Assembly (NCBI GenBank): GCA_049510745.1
Contig: JBEKYR010000012.1
Span: 4,094-68,093, forward strand
From: Verrucomicrobiota bacterium
GTDB taxonomy: Bacteria; Verrucomicrobiota; Verrucomicrobiia; Limisphaerales; Palsa-1400
Direction of reading: 5' to 3'
Length of the DNA stretch: 64,000 nucleotides
Each line of letters begins with the position of its first letter. Position 1 is the stretch's first letter. Made by a program: the position numbers and the translations under genes. Below are positions 52,434 to 60,506 of this stretch, piece by piece. The notes below the pieces were generated by a model. The model ran no database searches, had not been told where the DNA came from, and saw nothing but the letters and a program-made list of their open reading frames with translations.

Positions 52434-53802
52434 TTGTCGATGTCAGATCGCAGCCGGGCTGGCGGCGCTCTTTGTTGCGGTCGCGCCGGGGCGCGCGCAG
52501 CCGGCGGCCCAGGCGCTTGCCGACAGCCTGGTCTTTCGCAACGGGGATGTCCTCTATGGCAAGTTGCTGGCCATCCAACCCCGCAGCGTGGTCCGCTGGC
52601 AGCATCCGGACGCGGCGGAGCCGATCGACTTCAGTCCGGAGAGCATTGCGCAGATAGATTTTCCCGCGCACAAAGCCCTCGCCAGCCCGGCCAATGATTC
52701 CTGCCGCATCACCTGCGCCAACGGCGACGCGCTCAATGGCAGCCTCGTGGCGGGAGATCGCGACACGGTGACGCTCGAAACGTGGTATGCGGGCAAATTG
52801 AAGCTGCCGCGCAAGGCGCTGCAATCGGTGGTGTTCACCCCTCGCGCGCCGGTTTTTTTCGCCGGCATCGAGGGCCTGGAAGGATGGACGCAGGGCAATG
52901 CGGTCAAGGCCTTTGCCGGCGAGGCCGGCGAGTGGACGTATCGCAACGGCGCGTTCTACGCGGACAAACCGGCTTCGATCGCGCGGGATTTGAAATTGCC
53001 GGACGTGGCGGAGATTCAATTTGACTTGGCTTGGAAAGGCATGCTCAACCTGGCCATCGCCTTTTACACCGATTCCCTCCAACCGATTCTCCTGACCGCC
53101 AAGGATGACGGCCCCGACTTCGGCGGTTTTTACAGCCTCCGTTTCAACAGCACCGTCTTCATCAGCCTCATGCCCATCCGGAAAAAGGAACCGCTCCGTT
53201 CCCTCGGCGACGTGATCGTCCCGTCCCTCAACCAAAAGGACCGCGTCCATGTCGATCTGCGGGTCAGCAAGCCGGACCACCGGCTTGTTCTGTTCTTTGA
53301 CGGCACGCTCGTCAAGGAGTGGAACGACCCCGGCGGCTTCGTCGGCGCGGGGACGGGCGTGCGGTTTGTCCAGAACGTCGGCAGCGCGATCAAGCTGGGA
53401 AATCTCCGCGTCGCCCAATGGAACGGCGTGCTGGATGAAGGCGCCGCCGCCCCGCCGGATGGCTCCCGCGACACGGTGTCGCTGGAATCCGGCGTCAAAA
53501 TCACCGGCGACATCGAAGCCATCGCCGATGGACAATTGTCCGTCCACACCACCAGCGGCACGGTGGAGGTCCCGCTGGCCAAGGCGACCGGCATCGAATT
53601 TGCCCGTCTGGCTGGCGAGCCGTTCAAATCAGCCGCCAACACAGTCCACGCGACTTTCGTGCAAGGGGGCGCCGTCACGATGGAATTGCTGAGTTGGCGG
53701 CCCGACGCGGTCGTGGTTGCCAGCCCGGACTTCGGCAAGGCTTCGTTTGATCCCGCCGCCTTTTCACGCCTCAAATTCCTGTCGGTTGAACCGAAAAGCT
53801 GA
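52426..53802 (+). CDS. Paralog B of the preceding gene (same repeat/jelly-roll architecture)
   Basis: 'LVFRNGDVLYGKL...', 'ITCANGDALNGSL...LPRKALQSVVF', core 'WTYRNGAFYA...IQFDLAW...LVLFFDGTLVKEW...LGNLRVAQWNG'. Overlaps the upstream gene by 8 nt. Confidence 0.8.
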   Translation: MNNCRCQIAAGLAALFVAVAPGRAQPAAQALADSLVFRNGDVLYGKLLAIQPRSVVRWQHPDAAEPIDFSPESIAQIDFPAHKALASPANDSCRITCANGDALNGSLVAGDRDTVTLETWYAGKLKLPRKALQSVVFTPRAPVFFAGIEGLEGWTQGNAVKAFAGEAGEWTYRNGAFYADKPASIARDLKLPDVAEIQFDLAWKGMLNLAIAFYTDSLQPILLTAKDDGPDFGGFYSLRFNSTVFISLMPIRKKEPLRSLGDVIVPSLNQKDRVHVDLRVSKPDHRLVLFFDGTLVKEWNDPGGFVGAGTGVRFVQNVGSAIKLGNLRVAQWNGVLDEGAAAPPDGSRDTVSLESGVKITGDIEAIADGQLSVHTTSGTVEVPLAKATGIEFARLAGEPFKSAANTVHATFVQGGAVTMELLSWRPDAVVVASPDFGKASFDPAAFSRLKFLSVEPKS

Positions 53803-53872
53803 AGCCTCACCCCTTTGGGGGTCTGGACGCTTCCCCTTTTATGGTGATAATTGCACGAGAAACGGAAATGCG

Positions 53873-56533
53873 ATGTCATTTTGCCCTTCATTGCCGGTGA
53901 CGACGTTCCTTGCCCGTCCCTTGCTGGCAGCGGGCGGGCGAGGGATGAATCTGGGGTGGTGCGGCTTGGTCTGGCTGGGGTTGAGCTTCCCGCTTGACGC
54001 CGCCAATGCGCCCACCGGATTGCTGTGCGACTTGCTGGAAGACCCGGAGCTGACCGTCATCACCACGGCCACGCCTCAATTTGGCTGGATCTACAATCCG
54101 TCGCTTCGCAATGACATTCAGAGCGGCTATCGAATCATTGTGGCGTCGAGCCAGACGCTCGCCAACGAAGGCCAGGGTGATTTGTGGGACACCGGCTGGG
54201 TCGGGAGTTCGGCCTCGATCAACGTGCCCTATGCCGGGGCCGCCTTGCGGACGAGCACGGATTATTACTGGAGCGTGCAAACGCAGGACAGCGCCGGCCA
54301 AATCAGCCCGCTTTCAGCAGTGCAGCACTTTCGCACGGACACGCAGTTCACCACCGGCCCGAACCTGATCTACAATGTGTCAACGAACACCTGGGCCAAT
54401 CGCTATCCGATAGGGTTTGTGAGCGCGGCGCCCGCGCTCCTCACGAACACAGCGCCGGGACGTTGGTTCGCTGACTTCGGCCAGGACGCCTTCGGCTACG
54501 CGACGGTGCATCTGAACGGTTTGTTCAACGGCAGCAATGTCCAGGCGCGCTTTGGCGAGATGGCCAACGGAACGGCCGTGAACCCCAGCCCGCCGTCCGG
54601 CAGCACGGTGCGCTACGGGACCTCCGCTTTGACGCTCCAGAATGGCGACGTCGTTTATTCCGTCCGCCCGCCGTCGTACAGCGGCCAGACCATCAGCCCG
54701 CCCGCCTCCTACGGGGTGGTGATGCCGTTCCGTTACTTTGAGTTGAGCAACTGCCCCCCCGGCGCCGTCCTCACCGCGGGGGACGTGACGCAACAGCGGT
54801 TGCTTTACCAATTCAACACGAATGCCGCCGCGTTCAGCAGTTCCAGCGCGGCGTTGAACCGGGTCTGGAATCTGTGCCGGAACTCGATGCAGGTGTTGGG
54901 TTTCGACGGCGTCTATGTGGATGGCGACCGCGAACGCACGCCTTACGAGGCGGATTCCTACATTCACCAGTTAAGCTCCTACGCGGTGGACCGCGAATTC
55001 ACGATGGCGCGCTACAGCTTCGAGTATCTGCTCTCGCACCCCACCTGGCCGACGGAATGGAAGTTCCACATGATTTTCATCGCCTGGGCGGACTATCTCC
55101 AGACGGGCAACACGGATTTGCTCGGCGCGCATTACGCCGCGCTCCAACCCGACGCCTTCACCTGGGCCGCGACCGGCAACGGCCTGATGAAAGGGTTTCC
55201 GAACTATCCGCAAACGACCAATTCCGACATCGTGGACTGGCCGGCGGGTGACCGGGACGGATTTGTCATCACCAGCGGCAGCTACTTGAATTGGACCAAT
55301 TCCGTCAATAACGCCTTTTACTATCGGGCACTGCAAACGATGGCGAACATCGCGGCGGTCCTTGGCCGCGGCAGCGACGCGGCCACTTACAGCGCCGCCG
55401 CCGCCCAGGTTTACAGCGCCTACAACACGACGTTTTGGACCAACAGTTCGCAGAGTTACGTGGACGGCGCCGGCACCACCCATTCCGCGGCGCACGCCAA
55501 CTTCTTTCCGCTCGCCTTTGGGCTGGTGCCGGCCACCAACCAGGCCGCGGCGCTGAACTACATTCACGGGCGCATCGCGGCCAATGGCGGCATGCCGCCC
55601 AGTGTCTATGGCGCGCAATATCTGTTGGAAGCGTTGTTCGGGCAGGGCGACGCGGACACCGCGCTGGGCTTGCTGGCCACCAACGGACCGCGCGGCTGGC
55701 TGAACATGCTCAACCTGGGTTCCACCCTAACGACCGAGGCGTGGAATTTCACCGACAAACCCAACATGGACTGGAACCACGCGTGGGGAGCGGCGGCGGG
55801 AAACCTGATCCAACGTTTCGTCATCGGCGTGCGTCCGATCACCGCCGGTTACAGCCAATTCCTCATCCAGCCGCAGCTCGGCCAGACGCTCTCCTTTGTG
55901 CAAGGGGTCGTGCCCACCATCCGCGGGCCGGTGTCCATCCAGGCCAGCAATGGGCCGGGACTGTTTCAACTCCTGGCGACCCTTCCCGGCAACACCGCCG
56001 CCATCGTCCTGCTGCCCGCTCAGGGCGCCACCAGCCCGGCCGCCCTCCTCGACGGCGGCGTGGCGTCCGCCGTGCTGTCCAACAACTGGCTCATCGTCAG
56101 CAACGTCGGTTCAGGGCAGCACGCGCTGTGGCTGAACACCAACAACACGCCCTCGCAGAGCACGCTCTACAGCAATTGGGCGGCCGCCTGGTTCGGCACC
56201 AACGCGGCCAACCCCGCCATCGCCGGCATGGCGGCCGACCCGGACGGGGACGGGCAGAGCAACTACAGCGAATTCATTGCCGGGACCGACCCGACCAACC
56301 CGCAGTCGAAGTTTCAAATTGGCGGGGTTATCCAGTCCAACGCGCTGTCGGTCTCGCTGTCCGGGGTGGCCGGGCGCGCCTACGCCCTGCAACGGACGGC
56401 CAGCCTCGCCGCCGCCGTCTGGAGCGGCGTCGCGACCAACGGGCCGCTGGCGGCGAGCCAGACAATTGTGTTGACCGATCCGCACACGCCATCACCGGGC
56501 GCTTTTTACCGTGTGGCCGTCAGCCTGCCGTGA
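53873..56533 (+). CDS. GH78 alpha-L-rhamnosidase with a C-terminal TSP3-like 'DPDGDG' linker and '...FYRV' beta domain
   Basis: 'LLCDLLEDPELTVITTATPQFGWIYNP...QSGYRIIVASS...DLWDTGWVGSSASINVPYAG..L.TSTDYYWSVQTQD' is the GH78 N-terminal pattern. 'VYVDGDRERTPYEAD' follows. The ATG at 53945 ('MNLGWCGLVWLGLSFPLDAANA') gives a better signal peptide. Confidence 0.85.
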   Translation: MSFCPSLPVTTFLARPLLAAGGRGMNLGWCGLVWLGLSFPLDAANAPTGLLCDLLEDPELTVITTATPQFGWIYNPSLRNDIQSGYRIIVASSQTLANEGQGDLWDTGWVGSSASINVPYAGAALRTSTDYYWSVQTQDSAGQISPLSAVQHFRTDTQFTTGPNLIYNVSTNTWANRYPIGFVSAAPALLTNTAPGRWFADFGQDAFGYATVHLNGLFNGSNVQARFGEMANGTAVNPSPPSGSTVRYGTSALTLQNGDVVYSVRPPSYSGQTISPPASYGVVMPFRYFELSNCPPGAVLTAGDVTQQRLLYQFNTNAAAFSSSSAALNRVWNLCRNSMQVLGFDGVYVDGDRERTPYEADSYIHQLSSYAVDREFTMARYSFEYLLSHPTWPTEWKFHMIFIAWADYLQTGNTDLLGAHYAALQPDAFTWAATGNGLMKGFPNYPQTTNSDIVDWPAGDRDGFVITSGSYLNWTNSVNNAFYYRALQTMANIAAVLGRGSDAATYSAAAAQVYSAYNTTFWTNSSQSYVDGAGTTHSAAHANFFPLAFGLVPATNQAAALNYIHGRIAANGGMPPSVYGAQYLLEALFGQGDADTALGLLATNGPRGWLNMLNLGSTLTTEAWNFTDKPNMDWNHAWGAAAGNLIQRFVIGVRPITAGYSQFLIQPQLGQTLSFVQGVVPTIRGPVSIQASNGPGLFQLLATLPGNTAAIVLLPAQGATSPAALLDGGVASAVLSNNWLIVSNVGSGQHALWLNTNNTPSQSTLYSNWAAAWFGTNAANPAIAGMAADPDGDGQSNYSEFIAGTDPTNPQSKFQIGGVIQSNALSVSLSGVAGRAYALQRTASLAAAVWSGVATNGPLAASQTIVLTDPHTPSPGAFYRVAVSLP

Positions 56534-56544
56534 CGGTTTTTTTT
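56517..56544 (+). terminator. Intrinsic terminator
   Basis: Stem ccgtca (56517-56522) pairs with tgacgg (56531-56536), with an 8-nt loop. It is followed by T8 (56537-56544). The stop codon lies inside the 3' arm. Confidence 0.7.
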
Positions 56545-56607
56545 GGTGTGAAATTGGTGTTTTAACTTTCGGGGGAAGCAGCTATACTGCGGGCGTACAG
56601 TTCCAAT

Positions 56608-57501
56608 ATGTCAACGACGCAATGGCAGAAAACCTTGGAAATTCCGGGCCGGGTCCTGTTCTCGGAAGGCAACGGGGATATGGCGCGGCTGGAAATCAAC
56701 ACCGCCTGGAGCAGCGCGGAAATTTATTTGCATGGCGCGCATGTCACGCACTTCCAAAAGAAGGGCGAGCCGCCGCTCTTGTTCCTGAGCCATCTGAGCC
56801 GCTTTGCCGAAGGGGTGCCCATTCGGGGAGGCATCCCCGTGATCTTTCCCTGGTTCGGGGCGCGGGAGGGACAAAGCGCGCACGGCTTCGCCCGGCTGCA
56901 AATCTGGGAATTGCGCGAGGTGATGCAATTGTCCACCGGCGAAGTGACGGTGCATTTCTCTCTGCCGGATTCGCCGGCGGCCGCGCTGTTCGGCAAGTTT
57001 TCCGCCGATTACTGGGTGACCGTCGGCAAGACGCTGTCGGCCCAACTGAACATCGCCAACACGTCGGAGGACCAGGATTTCCGGTTCGAGGATTGCCTGC
57101 ACGCCTATTTCAAGGTGGGGGATATCGGGGCCATTTCGATCACGGGCTTGAAAGGGGCCGATTACCTGGATAAGACGGAGAATTTCGTGCGCAAAACCGA
57201 GCGGGCCGAGCACATCAAAATCTCGCAGGAAACCGACCGCATCTATCTGGATACGGCCGCGCCGGTGGAAATACATGACTCAAGGCTGGGGCGGCGCATC
57301 CGCATCGAGAAATCCGGCTCGCTTTCCACCGTGGTGTGGAATCCGTGGGTGGACAAGGCGGAGCAGATGCCGGACTTCGGCGGGGACGAATTTCATCAGA
57401 TGGTGTGCGTGGAGTCCGGCAACGTGGCGGACAGCCAGTTGACGTTGCCGGCGGGCAAGAGCAGCACGTTGAAAGTGGAATGGAGCACGCTGCCGCTGTA
57501 G
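56608..57501 (+). CDS. D-hexose-6-phosphate mutarotase (aldose-1-epimerase family, YeaD-like)
   Basis: 'IRGGIPVIFPWFG', 'HGFARLQIWEL', 'VVWNPW', 'MVCVESGNV'. Confidence 0.85.
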   Translation: MSTTQWQKTLEIPGRVLFSEGNGDMARLEINTAWSSAEIYLHGAHVTHFQKKGEPPLLFLSHLSRFAEGVPIRGGIPVIFPWFGAREGQSAHGFARLQIWELREVMQLSTGEVTVHFSLPDSPAAALFGKFSADYWVTVGKTLSAQLNIANTSEDQDFRFEDCLHAYFKVGDIGAISITGLKGADYLDKTENFVRKTERAEHIKISQETDRIYLDTAAPVEIHDSRLGRRIRIEKSGSLSTVVWNPWVDKAEQMPDFGGDEFHQMVCVESGNVADSQLTLPAGKSSTLKVEWSTLPL

Positions 57502-57608
57502 GGGTGTGGGGGGCGTGAGTATGGAATTGACAGACCGCTGAAAATCTCTACGGTGGGGGCGGTGGGCGTCGTATTTCAAAGTTGGTTGGAAAACAGGAGT
57601 TTTCCAAA

Positions 57609-59849
57609 ATGAATATCTCGAACACGATGGGTTACAACCTGGAGTTTTCGGGCGATCATCTCAAGCCCGCCTTGCTGGTGTCCCTGTTGAGCGTCTGGGT
57701 GCTGGTTTCCGTCTTCTATTATTTGAACACCTATACCCGGCGGCGCTATTTCACCATCTGGACGGCGGCCTGGTTGTTTTACGCGTTGTGGCTGACGCTC
57801 TTTTTTTGCGGGCGATCGGCGACGAAGGTGGAGCCGCCTTGGCTGGTGTGGCTGAAGCTGTGGTGCATCAGTGTTTCGGCGGTGTTCTTGCTGTGGGGCA
57901 GCCTGCGGTTTCTGGGCGAGCGGGTCAAGCAACGGCTCATCGGGTTCTGCCTGGTATTTCTGCTGGCGTGGAGTTACGTGGGCAGCCATTGGGCGGGAGC
58001 GACGCGGAATCAGATGCAATGGCCGGTCTTCGCGTTCTTCGGGCTGGCCAGCATGTTGACGGCGTTTTCCTTTTATCGGTACCGCCGGCTGCGGCGTTTT
58101 TTGGGGGGGACGTTGCTGGGCATCGGCTTTTTCAGTTGGGGAGTGTACCTGGGGTGCTTTCCGCTGTTTGAATCGGCGGCGATGGAGGCAACGGGCTTCA
58201 TTGTTTCGACGGTGCTGCAACTGCTCATTGCCGTCGGCATGATCATCCTGGTCCTGGAACAGGTGCGCTATAATCACCTGCGGCAGGACTTGTATCAGAG
58301 GGAAAAACTGCAGAGCAAGGTGTGGTTCACCGAAGAACGCTACCAGCGGCTGTTCGAGCAGGCGCACGAGGGGATTGTCATTGCCGCGCGGACGGACCTG
58401 CGCATCCTGGAACTCAACCGGGCCGCCGAGGCGATGTTGGGCGTGACGCTCCAGGAGGCCACCTCGCAATCGCTGGCGTCGTTTTGCCAGATTAAACCGC
58501 TGCCGGACCCGGCGCCCAAGTCGGGGCGCGACTGGTTCGAGTTGATCTGCACGCAGCGGCCGCTCCACCTGGTGCATAAGAACGGCGCCCTGATTCCGGC
58601 GGAAACGACGGGCGCGCCGATCGAATTCGGGGGACAATCGGCCTACCAGTTTTTTTTCCGGGAGTTGACCGATCAATCGCGTCTGGCGGAGCAGTTGCGG
58701 CAGGCGGAAAAGCTTTCCTCGCTCGGCCAGATGATCTCCGGTGTGGCGCACGAACTGAACAACCCGCTGGCGATCATCGGCGGCTACGTGGAACTGATCC
58801 TGCGCACCCACGATCTGCCGCCCAAGACGCGGCTGGACCTGGAGAAGGTGGCCACCGAGAGCAACCGGGCGGCCCGCCTGGTGCGCAATTTCCTGACTTT
58901 CGCCCGCTCCCAGCCGGTCCATCGGGAAATGATCCACCTCAACGATCTCATCACCGGCGTGATCGACCTGCGCAAGTTCGATTTGTCGCTGGCCCACGTC
59001 CAGATCGAGGCGGCGTTGGATTGGACACTGCCCGCCACCAGCGTCAGTCGGGACCAAATCCAGCAGGTGCTGATCGTCTTGATCAATAATGCGATGCAGG
59101 CCATGGCCAAGGCGCCCGAACCGCGCTTGATCCGGGTCGTCACGGCGCTCAAAGGGGGCCGCATTTGGATCACCGTCGAGGACAACGGCCCCGGCGTGCC
59201 GGCGGAAATCCAGTCGCGCATCTTCGAGCCGTTTTTCACGACCAAGGAAGTGGGAGTGGGCACCGGCCTGGGGCTGTCCATTGCGCACGGCATCATGAGC
59301 GAGCACAGGGGGCATATCCACTATGAAAAAGCGTCGCTGGGGGGAGCGGCCTTCGTGCTGGACCTGCCGATCGTCTCGATCGAGGTGCCGCGGGGCGCGA
59401 CCACGCAATTCGTCACCGCGCCCGACGGGAGGCTGACGCAGGCCGCGCCCCGGCCGGAAAAAATCCTGGTGGTGGATGACGAGAAGGCGATCGTGGAGGT
59501 GCTGGGCGAGATGCTCGGCCTGCTGGGCTACCAAACGTCTCTTTGCTACTCGGCCCGCGAGGGGCTGGAAAGGATCAGCGAGACGGCCTTCGACCTGGTG
59601 CTGTCCGATCTGCGCATGCCGGAGATCGACGGGCCGGCCTTTTACCGCCTGGCGCTGGAGAAGGACGCGCGGCTGGAGCGGCGTTTTATATTTTTGACAG
59701 GAGACACGGTGAACGAGGACACGAAGACGTTTTTGAGGGCCTCCGGCAAGCCGTGCCTGGCCAAGCCCTTCCGCCTGGCCGGCATCGAGGAAATCACGCG
59801 CCAGGCGCTGGCGGGACTAGGCGGGGCGCCCGACGAAATTTCGATTTGA
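57609..59849 (+). CDS. Hybrid sensor histidine kinase (multi-TM N-domain, PAS-like, HisKA, HATPase, C-terminal receiver)
   Basis: 'LSSLGQMISGVAHELNNPLAII' (H box), 'NNAMQAM' (N box), 'VEDNGPGVP' (G1), 'GTGLGLSIAHGI' (G2), REC 'ILVVDDEKAIVEVL...LVLSDLRMPEIDG'. Confidence 0.9.
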   Translation: MNISNTMGYNLEFSGDHLKPALLVSLLSVWVLVSVFYYLNTYTRRRYFTIWTAAWLFYALWLTLFFCGRSATKVEPPWLVWLKLWCISVSAVFLLWGSLRFLGERVKQRLIGFCLVFLLAWSYVGSHWAGATRNQMQWPVFAFFGLASMLTAFSFYRYRRLRRFLGGTLLGIGFFSWGVYLGCFPLFESAAMEATGFIVSTVLQLLIAVGMIILVLEQVRYNHLRQDLYQREKLQSKVWFTEERYQRLFEQAHEGIVIAARTDLRILELNRAAEAMLGVTLQEATSQSLASFCQIKPLPDPAPKSGRDWFELICTQRPLHLVHKNGALIPAETTGAPIEFGGQSAYQFFFRELTDQSRLAEQLRQAEKLSSLGQMISGVAHELNNPLAIIGGYVELILRTHDLPPKTRLDLEKVATESNRAARLVRNFLTFARSQPVHREMIHLNDLITGVIDLRKFDLSLAHVQIEAALDWTLPATSVSRDQIQQVLIVLINNAMQAMAKAPEPRLIRVVTALKGGRIWITVEDNGPGVPAEIQSRIFEPFFTTKEVGVGTGLGLSIAHGIMSEHRGHIHYEKASLGGAAFVLDLPIVSIEVPRGATTQFVTAPDGRLTQAAPRPEKILVVDDEKAIVEVLGEMLGLLGYQTSLCYSAREGLERISETAFDLVLSDLRMPEIDGPAFYRLALEKDARLERRFIFLTGDTVNEDTKTFLRASGKPCLAKPFRLAGIEEITRQALAGLGGAPDEISI

Positions 59850-59883
59850 CAGTTCCAAATTTTCAATTCCCGTTGCCGCGCGG

Positions 59884-60504
59884 TTACGGCGGGCGGGAAT
59901 GATCCCGGCTCGCGCGGTCGTCCGAGAATTGCTTCCTCCGAAGGATCATGGCGGCCAGGCCGATGATCGTGCCGGCGTACAAGCCGGTGTGGGTCCACCA
60001 CACTTGTCTAAAACGGGCGAGTTGGTCCGCGTTGAGCAGGGAATTCAAGTCGGCCGAAAAACCCAGTGGATCAAAGCGGCCGGCGATCCGAGGCAGGGCC
60101 ACGCCCATGAGAACAGCCCCCGTCAGGGGCATCCACAGCGCGCCGAGGAGGCGGCGCGCCTGGGCCGGAGACATGGGTGATTTTCCGGCGCAGGCGAACA
60201 GGCAAACCGCGCCGCCGATAATGCCGGCGGAAAACCCTTCCTTCAATCCGAACACGCCCGCCCGCCACCGCAAATCGCCGCCCTCCGCCAGCCCCTTTCC
60301 CAACGTAAAGTAATCCGGAGAAATGGAGGAAGTAATCAAGTCATTGGCCCATCCGAGAAGGGCGCCGGCGACGCCGGCAATCAACACGAAGGCGTACTCG
60401 CGGTATTTCGCGCCGCGCGCCCGGTTTCGCCAAAAATCAACGCCCGCGACCACCGCCATCAGGCCGAGCAGCAGCAAAACGCGATTGAGAAACGGGTCCC
60501 GCAC
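59884..60504 (-). CDS. Polytopic membrane protein, unknown function
   Basis: Five or six hydrophobic helices ('VLLLLGLMAVVAGV', 'YAFVLIAGVAGALLGW', 'GIIGGAVCLFACAG', 'GTIIGLAAMIL'). It ends 3 nt upstream of lpxB on the same strand. Confidence 0.65.
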   Translation of the reverse strand: MRDPFLNRVLLLLGLMAVVAGVDFWRNRARGAKYREYAFVLIAGVAGALLGWANDLITSSISPDYFTLGKGLAEGGDLRWRAGVFGLKEGFSAGIIGGAVCLFACAGKSPMSPAQARRLLGALWMPLTGAVLMGVALPRIAGRFDPLGFSADLNSLLNADQLARFRQVWWTHTGLYAGTIIGLAAMILRRKQFSDDRASRDHSRPP

Positions 60505-60506
60505 GG

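Noticed and set aside
48736-53547. Series of 390-460-aa antisense ORFs (48736-50127, 49730-50959, 50778-52079, 52363-53547)
   Set aside because: All lie opposite the overlapped four-gene + strand operon. They have Arg/Gly/Pro-rich junk composition, no signal peptides and no motifs.
57576-59534. 652-aa ORF antisense to the hybrid histidine kinase
   Set aside because: It is a shadow ORF. The kinase H, N, G1, G2 and REC motifs are all on the + strand.
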